A DNA stretch of 64,000 nucleotides from Lytechinus pictus (GCF_037042905.1 NC_087263.1:15130001-15194000), one strand, 5' to 3'. Positions 23,118 through 37,200 are shown, counted from the stretch's first letter. Notes: generated by a model from the sequence alone, not told the origin. Numbers and translations are program-made.

Positions 23118-25410
23118 CATTCAATTCCCCATGATCCGATGTAAAATCAATACTAACAATCAATAGACAAGTCACAAAATGCCCCAGATGAAAGGAACAA
23201 ATTCCCTTGCGCCGCCAAAGGAAATTCAGAACTGGTACCCCATCAGTCCATCTGAAAGATTAAAGGGTAAGTCCTGTCCTATGTCGACTTTGTCTTTAAA
23301 AAATAAGGAAATTGATTACTACAGTTTAATGAAGGCTTGGTAAAAATCAAACAAATATAAGAGAGTTAAGATGAATTTAAGTTTTAACTTTGTACACTAT
23401 GAATGAAAAGTTTAACTTGTAAGTGTACATTCCAGAATTTCCTACCAATTGAAAATAGTAATCTACAATCCAAAACTTACTTTTTTTAGTGTTTCATCAG
23501 GACCAAATCTAATTTCCTTATGTTTCTCCGTGATTATTGACCGAATACATAGGTAATAATATCGTTTTAAATATTCTTTACAAAAAACTGCACTGTAACT
23601 TAGTTTAGGTTAGTTTTCATTGTGGGTTCGAAGTATGGTAGAAAAATTATATGAAGAATTGAAAAGGCTGGGTTAACTGTTTTGATGCACCTTAGAACTG
23701 ATGTTTGTTGAAAGGTATTGGAAGACAACAAATGCCATTTTCAATGGGGGGGGGGTGTTATGAATGTGAAGGGAAATTTAAAAGCCATCATTTGCCTTGG
23801 AACATTTTTTATAATATTCTCATCATTTATAACTCCTAAATATTTGCTATTTTGTTTACACCTATGCTATCCCTTTAATACGCTGAAATAAATAATTCAT
23901 TTGCATATATGCATCATACATCTTGGAAATTAAGGAATTGATTAATGGCAATCATGGATAATAATGATAATAATAATAATGGAAGGGGCAGGAGGACTTG
24001 CTCCACCCTAAATTTGTCAAGTTTTGCACCATCGCCTATTGCAAGAGAGTTCCCACCCCCCCCCCCCCCCTCACCTGAGGGACCAACATCTCACAAAGTC
24101 ACTTTGCATGATGGGGATATATTTATGCCATGCAGAGAAACACCTTTACATCTTGACTTCCAAACCCAAAACGAACGGGATAAATATCTTTGGGGAAGCA
24201 CAAATTCATTTCAGGTAGCAGCTCACATGGGGATATGAGCTATCTCGGTAATCTACAAAGATCTACTCTCCGTGAGCCTTGGAAGACCGGTTAAGCAAAC
24301 TGCTCTGAATCGAATCCTTCGCAATGACCTGAGAGATATTGATGATCACGCCTTGCGTTTCTCTACAAAATCCTGCAAGAATTTGGCTATAATCCCCCAA
24401 GAATATGTTTTTGCCACTCAGCTTCCCATCCCCCCTATAACATCCGCCTCCTAGAGAATGTAGTTTAAATCATCCAGTAATGATTTGAGGCTAAGATTTA
24501 TGCCACCTCCCCCCCCCCCCCCCGATAATGACCATCTCTTCAAGAATATCTAGTAGTTCGGATTAATCCTTCACAATATGTATCATCATTCAATACTAGA
24601 GATCTCTCTTCACCATCCTCCCCCCATCTTGCCAACAATACTTATAATTATTCCTCTTTTTATGACAACAACATCCTATAAACGTCTATGATAATTTGGT
24701 AATTTCCAAGAATGTTAGCTGTGCTGCCGACCCCCCCCCCCCCCATCTTCTTCTACCATCATACCATGAACGGAGTTTTCTCAAATACATAATAAAGTTT
24801 AAAGTTCATGCTTGAGCACCAACACACATGATAAAAAACCTAAAAAAATAAAAGCCAAACTAATTCAATTAGCATGATACAAGCAAAGTGGTGTTTCATG
24901 ATACATCAAATGAAAAATTAAGTCTTATTAACTTCACATCTTTGTGCAACATCTCTCTCCCCTATCCTATGAAAATCCTTGAGATATACTTTATGATTGT
25001 AACCCCCACCATTGCTCCCCCCACCCATCCACTTACCACCCCCCCCCACACACACACACACACACATCCCCCCTCGGTCCATTGGGATCCCAAGACTGAT
25101 GAACTCCTTCTGGAAGTTTACATTTTCACAGCTTCTATGAAGGGGAATGTTAATCACCTCTAGCTATCATCACTTATGCATAATTCAGCAAGAATAATTG
25201 GGACAAAAAGTGATTTTTCTCTCAAGTTTCCACCCTTTCCCTGCCACGCTTCAACATCACACATTTTCTTTGGTTCAAGAAGGGATTTAAGGGATCAGGG
25301 AATTCCGAAATGCTAGGCATTTATCCACTGGAGAGTCACAGCTAAAATCAATCAAAGACAATTCATTGATCTATGAATGATGAATGTTGACCCATCAACG
25401 CTTTTAGAGT

Positions 25411-25650
25411 TTTATAGGACAAATCTATCCCACAACATGTTAAATGGAATTAACATAAAGAAAAATCAGGCGAGTATAAAACTAACAATTTCAACAAAAT
25501 TGGATTTAAAATGTCCAAATTTAGAAAATTACAGCATTTTTTCACAAAACTGTAACATACACATCCTGGTCAGTATGCAAATATGGGAGCTGCTAATGTC
25601 ACACACTCACTATTTCCTTTGTTTGTTGTTAAATGAAATATCTAGGTCGT
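25411..25650 (+). mobile_element. Decayed interspersed repeat fragment, possibly Kolobok-like
   Basis: Starts TTATAGGACAAATCTATCCC and contains CTGGTCAGTATGCAAAT...CACTCACTATTTC; resembles a sea-urchin MITE from memory only; no partner TIR seen. Confidence 0.35.
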
Positions 25651-26379
25651 ATTTGATTTTTAAAAAGGCCTCACAGTAAATTATGAAAATTATGACGTTA
25701 AATATTTCATGATGAATCAATATTAGCTTTATACATTATTGGAGGGAAAAAAAAAATACAATAAAACACAAGAAGAAGTAAGTCTTTGACATCATTGTTT
25801 CCTTATTTACTTACTGGACATGGCATGGATGTCAGTTTATGTTTCTATTCATCTAAATATATAAAAAGAAGGATTATTGGGACATCTTCAGTAATGTTTT
25901 GATTTTTGGTTTGATTGTTATACTCCAATGTCAAACCCAATTCTACGGCCTACAATTACACTCTTAAGTTGCTATTCACTCCTTCTTCCACCGTTCAAAC
26001 ACTTTTCTTCAAATGCCAACAGCAATTCATTTCTGCATTATGGGAGATTATCTTCAGCATCGCCATGACGACGAGGGAACAGAAATAACTGTGGCGACCT
26101 TGGGGGCCCCTGGCATGCCGATTGGCAAAGCAAACATATAACATAGGAGACATTAGATTGGAAATGGTTGAAAGATTTGTTTTTCTATCAATCCTTCTAT
26201 ATCCATCTCTCTTTTGCTCAGATTCTCTTTCTCCTTCACTCTCTCCATACATTTCCCGTTCTGCATGCGAAGAGTGCTGGATATATGATTTTTCATTTTA
26301 TAAATACCATTTTTAAAACAGTATTTGTAGTTCAGCACTTTGAAAAGGATGTTAGGTTAATTATCATCCTTTAGGGTGT

Positions 26380-26715
26380 TTGAAATGTTTTTCTGTCAAC
26401 CCTCTTCTCCCCTACTTTTCTATCTCTTGTTACCTCTCCCATTTTCCATCTGTTTCAATTGTCCTCCATCTATCTCACTCTCCCATTATTTTCTCCTTTT
26501 CACCTTCTTTGTCTAACCCCCCCCCCCATCCCCGTCTCTCTCTCTATGGGCCTATCCATCTCACTGTCTTTTTATCTCCCTCTTTTTGTCGCTCTATGTA
26601 TTTCTCCCCATCTCTCATTCTCTCTCTGCCTTTCTTTCTTTATTTTTCGTTCTTTCTTTCTTCCTTCCTTCCTTTCTTTCTTTCTCTCTTTCTTTCTTTC
26701 ACTTTATTTGCCACT

Positions 26716-26746
<31 letters not shown>

Positions 26747-26820
26747 ACCCTCTTGCTCATATATTGTGTTAACTCTCCCCCTCTTTTCTCTATTCACTTC
26801 TTCTCCTTCTCTGAAAGGTT
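26380..26820. repeat. CT-rich low complexity with (TTTC)n and (CT)n
   Basis: Direct reading. Confidence 0.9.
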
Positions 26821-27061
26821 ATATTTATCCTTAGAGAACCTCTGAGCCCGCTTATCAAAGCACTTCAACACAAGGCGCTCAAATGTACTCTTGCTCTATA
26901 ACACTGTAAGTAGCTTTAGATGCTCAACATGGAAGAGAGGCAAAGACTCTTCCAATTCCTACATTGGGGATTTATCAGCGATCGAAAAAATTGTTTTGCC
27001 TCATAGCAACTTAGCCCCTTGCAGTGCACTCGGCATACTTAGCGCATAGCAGTGCTGGGGT

Positions 27062-27940
27062 GAGACCTACATAAGATCTGAATGTATATATTTGTTTACC
27101 AATGCACTTTAAGGGTGGTCAAGTACCTTCTCTTTTCTTTCGCACTGGTTCAAAGAGATAACAAACTCTAACTGTACATTCTGTACTTAATGTAATGGAC
27201 ATGCTTATGAGATCTAAATAAGATCTGAATATAGGATAATTTATCCCTTACTTAAGATACAGGAAAGCTTATGATATCTACTCAAGAACTGTTGGTAAAA
27301 TAACATCACTTTTTTTCCCTTTCCCCTGGTTCAAACACATTCCAGCACATCAAACATTAATGCATATGGATTCTGATGGTCCTACACAAGGAATGAACAT
27401 ATGACTGTTTATCCCTTACTTAATGCATATGAAATCTGATGAGATCTACATAGGAAATGAACAAATGACTGTTTACCCCTTACTTAATGCATATGAAATC
27501 TGATGAAATCTACATAAGACAAGGGTTCAGGGAATCCCTATAAACTTGTCAAAAAGAGAACATAGTGGAGGAAAAGGAGAAGAGAAGGAAAAAGATATCG
27601 AATCCCTTATTTGAAAACCCTGGCTACAGGGCTGTACGATCTGAACACTATTTACCCCCTACTTATGGGAAATCTGTTGAGATCTACATAAGATATGAAC
27701 ATAGGATTATTAACCCCATACTTAATGCATGGGAAATGTCATGAGATCTACATAAGATCTGAACATAGGATTGTTAACCCCATACTTAATGCATGGGAGA
27801 TGTCATGAGATCTACATAAGATATGAACATAGGATCGTTTACCCCCTACTTAAAGCATGGGAGCTCAGATAAAATCTACAGGATTGTTTACCTCTTAATA
27901 CTGAATGCATGGGAAATCAGATTGGATCTTCATAAGCATG
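27062..27940. repeat. ~62-bp minisatellite, interrupted
   Basis: Unit GAGATCTACATAAGATCTGAACATAGGATTGTTAACCCCATACTTAATGCATGGGAAATGTCAT; best preserved at 27680-27860, decayed copies upstream, unrelated block at about 27520-27635. Confidence 0.88.
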
Positions 27941-29108
27941 ATTTTTACAACAGCCTGATTTACAGCAATGTCACAAATTTAATTTCTTTCCATATAAATC
28001 ACTTTCATCACACTCTCCTTAAATTTCTTGAATTTCCTTAGATACTGTATAATACATTCATACAAGAGCATCAGCATTCATATGAATGACATAGTTTTTT
28101 TTTTCTATTCCATTCTTACTATCATACAATGTCATATCAGGGCTTAATGAATGCCACTATACTGTTTACGTCTTCTCTCATCAGTCAAGGACTGTACAAC
28201 CTTGAACCGTCCTTCATTCCAAGCACAGGGCCTCTGAAAATGAATTGCACTTTAGAGTGTCTCAATTTTCTAAATCATTCTCTCCTCTCGAACACAAGAA
28301 AGACAGACCCCTTTCACACTTGATAGGACAGTGCAATAATACCATAGCTCCATACGCAACTTGTAGAGTGACTGCTAACCAGATGACCAATAAGTCGCCA
28401 GGGAAGGTTCTTTGTTAATACCCAAAATAGTAAACTTGTCTTCAAAAAGCCAAAATTGAAAACTTGGCTTGTCTGAAGGAGTAATTCTTCATCTTTATAC
28501 TGTAAAAATTTCGAGTTTTAAAGTTGAATAGAAAACAAGAAACAAGAGTTTATTTGACACAAGTTATTGCAGACTGCTTGAGAGTTTCATTAAAACTACA
28601 GTGTGCACATCTCATGCCTGAGTGAACACACACTTAAAATGTTGTTTTCACCTTCTATTCTGAAGCTCTCGCCTTGTTTTTCTCTGCATTCAATCAAGTA
28701 TTTGAGTGAGTTATTGTTGATGAAATTTGACAATTCATATATCATTTTAAAGCTCAGGATGTGTTTTTTTTTCAAACTCAATATAAATCTCAAAATTCAT
28801 TTTGGGCAACTTATTGTTGGTTTTGGGGTTGCTGGTCACATATTTTGACATTTGAAAAGGATCCATCTGACTGGAATTTGGTAATTATTGTGGTTTAACA
28901 CTAAATTATGACTTAATTCATTCCAATATATGGATGGATCCAAAACTTAAGGGGTCTAGATCTCATCAAAATGATATGAGCCATGAAGGGGAATTGAAAG
29001 GGTGAACAGATAGTTTGCAGTGCGAAAGCTAGCAACAGCAATTCATGTCACGAATAATATACATCCTTCTTTTAAAATCAAAGATCAGGCTGGTTTGAAT
29101 ACATACTA

Positions 29109-29499
29109 CACATTAAAAACATTGTTTAAAATTTTTATAGAGTGTTTTCTACGAACCTTACAGTAGTTGGTTGAGTTTAAACAAACATCCTTCATTTATT
29201 GAGATTTAAGAATTAAACTTTAATGTTTAAGATTTTAAACAATAGATTAAACCATTTAAACAACTACTGCAAGGGTCATATAGAAAACAGCACTGTACAC
29301 TGTTAAAAATAATTTAAACAATGCTGTTTGCTATATGAATCGCACAGTAGTTGTATAAACATTTAATTTAAACTTTTTGTTTAAGATTGTAAACACTTGT
29401 TTCAAAATGTTAAAAAACTACTGAGTGATTCACATACTAAACAGCGTTGTTTATATTATTTTTAAGTGTATGAAAAATTTTAACAGCGTTTTTACTCTG
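29109..29499. mobile_element. CAC...TG foldback MITE with TA TSD (outer element, interrupted)
   Basis: Left and right arms align as inverted repeats once 29298-29470 is removed; uninterrupted relative at 43500-43729. Confidence 0.8.
29298..29468. mobile_element. Related foldback MITE nested at a TA inside the outer element's right arm
   Basis: TA|CACTGTTAAAAATAATTTAAACAATGCTGTTT ... AAACAGCGTTGTTTATATTATTTTTAAGTG|TA. Confidence 0.85.
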
Positions 29500-31529
29500 T
29501 ATAACTTGAACAATATCAACATTTTCTTATATTTTTTCAAGATCAGTTGAGTGTAAATGCACCCATTCCTGTTAATGAGAAAGGGGTCCTGGTAACAAAA
29601 TTTCATTTCTTTATTGATATTTCCCTGATTTTGGCCTCCTGTGTCTCCACAGCTATTTGTGCCATATCAATATCCATAAAATGAAGTGCATGGGAGAGAA
29701 AATAAACATCATTTAGAGGCTTCTTGAAAACATAGACCACAGTCCCTTTTCTGATTTTGGACACGTTTATGTTTTTTCTCATTTTTCACGCTTGATGTAA
29801 GTAAATGTCTTGAAAAAAAAAATCTTCTTCACCTTATTAACCCATTTCAATTATTGTCACAATGGTAAGAATATTGAGCTGAAGAATGGAAAAAAAAATA
29901 GCTTTCATATTCAAAATCTGAAGACAATCAATCCAAATAGGCGATCTTTGAAGTTTTAATTTTTCCATAGAAATTGAATAATCTTGTTCCTTTCACTAAA
30001 CATGAAATAAATCAAAATTTGGCCATACATAAATACATCTAATTTCATCAACACAAAAGAACGAAAATCACGATATAACTGTACTCACAGGATTACTTCA
30101 TCCGCAATACAGTGAAGTACTTTGAGAAGAATGATATTATATCCCCAAAAATAATTTTCTGAAAGCTCACCATGGTTAACTCTCATTCATATTATCAGAG
30201 AGCAAATTACGAACATGTTGAAAGGGTATGATCATTAATTGGTTTTGTCAGCCACAACAAAATTTAGAGGATACAGGGACTTTTCAATTAAGGAAAGAAA
30301 ATAATCATATTGGATAGGATTTTTTGAGGGGGAATGATCCTACTATATCAGATCAGATTCTAAATTGATTTAAACACAATCAATTGGAATGTTATACAAA
30401 TGTCTTCATTTTAATGAACTGTAAAATATGAGGTCAGTTTTTGTACCCCATCTTCTAATCATAATAGGAGTGTTTAAAAAGTTGTCATCAATCTGTTTCC
30501 CATATTTATTTTTCTTTTTTTTTCAATTTATTTCCTCTTATCAGTATCCCCTTCTTTATCATTAATGTGCCAGTTCCCAACAAACAATCCCATTAGGCCA
30601 CAATTTGTCAGGAGTGTATCAGAATTTGATAGGTCCTTCTTCTACCAACAAAGTGTTACCTGTACAAGAAGACATAGCAGCTATGTCTTTCTGGCACTTA
30701 AAAGATTAATATATCTACATTCTTCCTGAATGAAATCTTCAATACGCGGTCAGGAAGGTTTTATTGCCCTACAAACAGCTCTTGATTAATCCCACGCAGT
30801 AATTAATGACCCCATTCAGAGTGACTAATTACCCCGTCGCAACGCTCTAACTACTTGGAATCGATCTTGCGAAAAGCGCAGGAGGACGTAATTGTAACTT
30901 AGGGAGCTCTTAAAATCTCCCCTACGCAATTGAAGATTTACAAATGCCTTTTTTCAAAGAGATATATGCAGTCTATAATTATCCTTTATGTGTAGGACTA
31001 TCACTGGTCAGTGGAATGAGCAATTAGTAAGTCGTTAGCAAGTGGGTCACATGATCAGGTCACATGACTGGGGTCATCTGAGGTGACATAGAATAGATAA
31101 AGACAGGTATTTCATGGGGCCTGCAAATGTGGCAATGTGATAACTGAAAAAACGTTGGAGGGTGTGGCTGGCTGAAGCTATATCTTTTATGCGCCCACTT
31201 TCCTGAATAGTGTTGAAAATGCTTGGATATATTGGTAACGCATTGAAAAAGAAACATTAACATATCAGAGTTCATGAATGGTTAACTTAAAACTTAAACA
31301 GTTTGAGAACCATATTGCAATCCTTCCTTATAAATCTTTATGGTGTACCGATCGATTTTAATCTACCATCCTTTGATTTATTCATAATTTTATCAATTTT
31401 CTATGAGAATCATTGTTCAAGCATTTGTAATTCAGCCTTTGGATGCAAAGGAATGTTTTTAGTGTATAAACAAAGACCATTATTATTGATATCCAAAAGA
31501 AACTCAAACTTTCACAGAAGTTCCACTTA

Positions 31530-31934
31530 GATTTTTTTTATAGATTTTTATAGATTTTATTCATTTTCCGTTCACAAAGCACAACAAAATCAAAGTAACA
31601 ATACATAGTCAAATTTAAAGTACAATATCAATCGGAATATGCGTAAGGATTAGAAGGTATAAACGATGAGAACTAATGAGAACTAAAGTAGCTTTGACTA
31701 ATAACTATACATGTATAAAACAGAACGGAGGGGCTTGCCAAGAAAAGCAAAGCTTGTATGGGAGGCAAGCCCCTGTATAACTTAGTTTCAATACGTAACT
31801 TAGAGACAACATTACAAAACTATAGTATAAAGGAGAGACGGAAGACAGTTTGAAAGGAGGCTATACAAAATATCAAAGGTAACAACGAAAGAGTGACACA
31901 AATTGGAATAAATAAAAGTAATAATAATTAAAAA
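31530..31934 (-). mobile_element. 5'-truncated LINE 3' end (CR1/L2-like)
   Basis: Absent from the sister copy; ACTTA TSD; minus-strand AATAAA plus A-rich repeated tail; stem-loop GGGGCTTGCC...GGCAAGCCCC. Confidence 0.8.
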
Positions 31935-32163
31935 ACTTATTATTGAAGTTGCCCTTTTTCCCTTTAAATGCAGGAATTATAATAGGTTGAAGTTTGCAAA
32001 GACACTCTCCTGGCTCCTAGTCATGGCATTTGTAATTCAGCCTTTGGATGCAAAGGAATGTTTTTAGTGTATAGACAAAGACCATTATTATTGATATCCA
32101 AAAGAAACTCAAACTTTCACAGAAGTTCCGCTTATTATTACAGTTGCCCTTATTTCCCTTTAA

Positions 32164-32541
32164 AGTGATTGGTTAACATTCGTTTGACTTTCAAAAAATC
32201 TGAGCTAGAAGGTCACACTTGTTACCTGTGTCTGTGATATGTTACAAAAATGAAGCCCAGAAAAAATTGCGTTCGAAAATAATTATTTAGTGCTTCAAAA
32301 ATTGAAATATAAAGTGACCGAAAACACCATCTTAATTTCATCCCATACACTTATGTGTACTATTTAGGCGTCTATAAGACGCCTATTTACAAAATCGGGG
32401 TTCGCCTTGTAGTTTTAGCTTTTCATTCTCAATAATGGTTGTTTTCAGGGTTTATTAGTTCTAATACATGCACTTGTACACATGTTTCATCTTGGTTTGA
32501 GAATTTTTTAAATTGGCTGCTCACAAAGTTAAACAATACCT
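32164..32541. mobile_element. TTAA-specific MITE (Kolobok-like)
   Basis: TTAA|AGTGATTGGTTAAC ... GTTAAACAATACCT|TTAA; single TTAA at the equivalent site of the sister copy (about 31965). AG termini favour Kolobok over piggyBac. Confidence 0.88.
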
Positions 32542-32699
32542 TTAAATGAAGGAATTATAAGACGAAGTTTGCAAAGACACTCTCCTGGCTCCTAGTCATG
32601 GGATTGTGATAATGGGGAAGAGAGGGGTGTTAAGGCGTAAACAATTTAAGTAGAGGATTCGAAGGAGCGTAACGCCTCATCCCCAGATGTTTACAATGA

Positions 32700-33065
32700 G
32701 TCATTACAGCGGTACACCTGGGGCTATGGATGATGGAGGGGTGAGAGGAGGGGGTTGGTGGTAAGGGTGTAAGTGTAAGGGGGGTCATTACAATGGCACA
32801 CCTTGTGGTATGTATGATGGAGGGGTGGTAGAAGAGGGGGGTGATAGGGTCTAGGGTCATTACAGGATGATTGAGGGGGTGGTAGAAGGGGGATCAGATG
32901 GGTGGGTGGTAGGTGGGGTGGTAGCTGGAGGAGGTAGGGGGTCATAACAGTGGTACACCTAGGGCAATGGACAAATGAAGAGAGGGGTGCGGGTGGGAAG
33001 GGTTGGATTGGTGGGGTCTCTTGGAATTGGTCATTAGAGCGGAACTCCTGGGCTATGGTTTGAGG
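32700..33065. repeat. G-rich degenerate minisatellite (~70-90 bp x5)
   Basis: GTCATTACA.TGGTACACCT.GG.TATGGA motif near 32700, 32784, 32856, 32941 and 33030. Confidence 0.75.
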
Positions 33066-33949
33066 GTTAAGGGTGGTGAGGTCAATGTGCTTGGTCCTTT
33101 TTACATATAATCAAAAATCAAAGATATAACGAGCCAGAGCTAAGATAAATGTTTGAAATAAATGCAACTGAAATATAAATGCATCATAATAGAAGGAAAA
33201 CTGTATTTTACAATTTAGGCTTTTTAATAGTCTTCCATTCACATTTCACCTTCTACAGATTTTTTTTGCAAAATTTGTCCGATCTTCTCTAATATCATAT
33301 TTTAACTTATTTTTTTAATATCATGAAAAAATAAACCAAAACTGAAAGAACTTTTTTTTATCAAGGGGATCACTGTAGTAGTTTCTAATTTAGATTATAG
33401 ATTATCCTAAGAAACCGTTGTAAAAATAATGCAAGGGTATTGGGCCGAAGATTGAGTATGCTGGAAATGACCAACACAGAAATACACATGTGGGGTTGAT
33501 GTATGGTAATGGATAATCCCTGGGAAAAGACCTATCTAGTGATGCATATTTTTACAAATCATTACAAATCTTTGTTGCCGGGCACAGCTGTCAATAATCA
33601 AACACAATTCTTATTTGCATGTCGCTTGGATGAATAAAGATTTACATCAATGAATATAAAAGAAACACCATTTTTGTGGCAATGAACGCAGATGTTTAAT
33701 CTTATTCTAAACATTTTTAAAAACTTTGGTACATTCACATCTAACAAAGATTAAAATGTGTCCTATCTCCACGGCAACCAAAGTGCGCACCTTTCAATCA
33801 CGTTCAGCCATCCAGATAAACATATTTGGTTCCGTCCTGGACTCAAATGTCCCGTATCCTATATCTATTTAACAAAACGAGAATGACAAACCGCCGCTCG
33901 TACATCAACATACTTGTCGTAAGGTTTGAACTTCTTGACATTCTTCGCC

Positions 33950-35362
33950 CCTTCTTTTCTTTCTTGTTTGCATCCTTCACCTCCTTCCTCAATTCCTTTT
34001 CTCTTCCAAGTTCAATATATTTTCTTTTCTCCAGCTCTTTCTTTTTCTCCTCTGCTGGTTTCTCCTCCCTCTCTCTTACCTTTTACATCTTGATGTAATC
34101 TTTCATTCTGTGTTTCTCAAGTTGCATCTATGTATACCTATGTTCTCCTCTCTTTTTCTATCTTCATCTTTCTCTCTCTCTCCATTAATTTATCTATACC
34201 GCTCTCTATCTATCTGCCACTCTCTCTCTCTCTCTCTCTTCTCTGTATATAACTCTTTCCTCCTTTCCCAACTCCTTATATGTCTGATTCTTTCTCTCCT
34301 ATCTTGGTATACTTCCCCTTTTCTTCTTTCACTTAATCAGCTCCCTTTTTCATCCCCTCTTCTTTTCCCCTTCTGTTTTCCCATTTCCTTTCCTTAAAAT
34401 GAATTCTTTTTTACATTTTCCTTGTTAATTCCTCCCTCCTCTCTTCCTTGTCATTTTCCCTATATTTGCTCTATCCTGCCTCCTCCTTATGCTATCCATC
34501 TTCATCTTTCTCTTGAACCTTCACCCCTCATCCTATTCTCGTCCATACCCACTCATCTTCCTCTCCTCATCCTCTTCCCCATCTCATGTTGCTAGGCAAC
34601 CATCAAACCCCACCCATATATCTGCCCCCACTGCAGCCTTCTTTATCTCACCCTGAGGTAATGAACCCACCCCCTTGACCACGATGGGTTGGCAGGTAAC
34701 ATATCGCTTCCATGGTCCTTTACTGTGTAATTGCCATCATTAGGGGTATAGCCTTAAGCAATTGCTCTTCCATCAACTCCATCTTCCCCTTTCTCCTTTT
34801 CTCACTTCAAATTTTTCCTCTACTTACGTCTTTTTCTACATCATTTGTCATTAAGAAAGAATACCTCATTTTCATACCTATATTGTTTTCAACAGCTGTT
34901 CTTTTGTTTCTCCTTTATGCACATCCCTACCCCTCCCATCTTGCTCCTAATCTGCCTCCTTATCACTTTCTCAATTCTACCATGCATTTAAATTCAAGCA
35001 TTTGATTTTTATACTCTCTTTATTCTATGTTTTTTTAACCTCTCTCCTCTCGAACCTCTTCCTTCCTTTCATCTCACTCTTTGTCACCTAAACTCCCATT
35101 CACTGTCACCGTGCACTTTTCTCTTTCATATCTCCTCTCCTATTCCATATCTTCTTTCCCTCCTGCATCCCTTTCTACCCATCCTTATCTTTCCATCTTT
35201 CACTGTTATGCCAAATCTCCCTCTTTTATTTGTCCCCTTAATTCCTCTGATTCAACATCACCATCCACCCCCCCCCCTCCTTTCTTATCTCCCATTTTCC
35301 CTCTTCCACCAACCTCCCTTCTCTCTCGCACACACACACATTCATACACACTCTCTCTCTGC

Positions 35363-35394
<32 letters not shown>

Positions 35395-35450
35395 CTCTCT
35401 CTCTCTCTCTCTCTTCCTGTTCCACTTCCTCCAATCTTACCCTGGGACCT
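33950..35450. repeat. Long pyrimidine-rich low-complexity region with (CT)n and (CA)n
   Basis: Direct reading. Confidence 0.85.
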
Positions 35451-36091
35451 CATATCCTGCTCCTGAATTCATTATCATGACATCACAAAGGGTGTCTTAT
35501 GACATCACAAACTTGGTGTGCTGCTAGCCCCAGTGTCTCTCACGTTCCTTGAATCAATCCAAAATAGAGTGTTTTCAGAGCCGTGATCAACCCATCCTGT
35601 GTAATCCCAATTATTTTTTATTCTAATCATAATGGTTTAATAATAATGTGAATCTTTGGAGAGTGAATAAGCCTGATAAGTATTAAAAACCAGTGAAAAT
35701 GTATTAAAAAGAGTGACAATTGACTAACAAAAAGTAAATTTATAGTGATAATATCATTAAAAAATATAGTGAAGTTTAATGACAAGTAGACAGGTATACT
35801 TAAGGAGTGAAAATCTTTGAAGGAGAATCTATATAAAAATAATGATTTCTTTTCATTATTTTATCAGGAACGTTTAAAAACAAATCAACATTGACTAGAA
35901 ACAAGTGATTCATATAGTAAATGCAAGAAAGCGAAAAAGAGCGAACCTAGAGTGATAGAGCCCGAGCTGAATAAAGACAAAAATAATAGAGACCTTCCCC
36001 GCCAATGATAGAAAAAAAAATTATGTGAAAGACATAACAGAATATTAGGCAGTTTGGGTTGCGAACATGTTTTGCAATAGAAAATGTTTAA

Positions 36092-36472
36092 AGATAAATG
36101 CCAGTTGTGGTCACGATCTCAAAATGACTTTTTACAGAATCCAATATAATGACCACCCAAGTGTCTGTTGATATGAATAAAAAATATGTGCCAAAGGGTT
36201 CTGGAAAAAATTGTGTACTTGCTGAGACACAAGCAAAATAAGCTCGGATTCGAGCACTTATTCCAGCAATAATAATATACACTGTCCCACGTGTGCCTAT
36301 CTGTGTTGGCGATCTTCAGTGTGATCGTTTTTTCAGCTTAGATTTTATGATTTCACAAAGTTCAATTTATGTAACTGTACCAGATCTAGATCCACGATGA
36401 TAAAGTAATACTTCACCTTGGTTTTACAGACTTTCTCATGAAATCAGTGTTTTACTGCAACTACTTTCATTA
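36092..36472. mobile_element. Probable TTAA-flanked (Kolobok-like) MITE with decayed TIRs
   Basis: TTAA|AGATAAATGCCAGTTGTGGT ... ACTGCAACTACTTTCATTA|TTAA. Confidence 0.5.
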
Positions 36473-37014
36473 TTAAAGCTTTAATGGTTTTCCATACGCC
36501 AGTGCTTGTTTTGGTTGCAGTCACTATATTGGACAGTCATGGGGCATGGCTATCCCATTTCAGGACTGATCCGCCAGGAAAGCTTCTAATTCAGTGTGAA
36601 GGAGAGCACAATCTTGATTAATCCAGACGCATGGATGTGTGTTTGGTGGTTCATGAACTGTCAGGATCTCTGCGCACCTTCCATCATCAAAAACGATGAT
36701 TCATGCACGGAATTCCATGTGCAACATCCATTCTTCATCCCGCACCCCATCACCCCCCCCCCCTTCTTGCATCCGACCCCATCACTCAAAGAGACTCTTA
36801 TTCCTCTTAGGAACTTCCTTTATTAATAATGAATGCAAAGTGTTTCACTTCTTCCTACTTAAAATATCACTCTTTTTTTTTCAAGCAACTAATTGCATGT
36901 TAGGAAATATATTGGACTTGAATCTGAAGGCAGAAAGTGCTTGGGACTTTGACATAAAAGGCATGACTGAAGACTTTAGATCTTCTTCTTACTACAAATC
37001 ATCTTCTCCTAACC

Positions 37015-37200
37015 ACCACCACACCACCATCTTCGGCAGTACCAGCATAATCATCATTAACGTCTTCGTCGTCGTTATCCCCCTCCTCATCTTCATCATA
37101 AGCAGCTGGAGCAGCATTATAAGCAACATCATCATCATTAACAACATTGTCATCAAATTCATCATCATCATCATCCCCACCATCATCGCCATCATCATAC
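37015..37200. repeat. Degenerate (ATC)n
   Basis: Direct reading. Confidence 0.85.

Larger units (their letters stand above)
31421..32600. repeat. ~200-bp tandem duplication, each copy with a different insertion
   Basis: GCATTTGTAATTCAGCC...CTCCTAGTCATG at 31421-32025 and 32026-32600. Confidence 0.92.
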
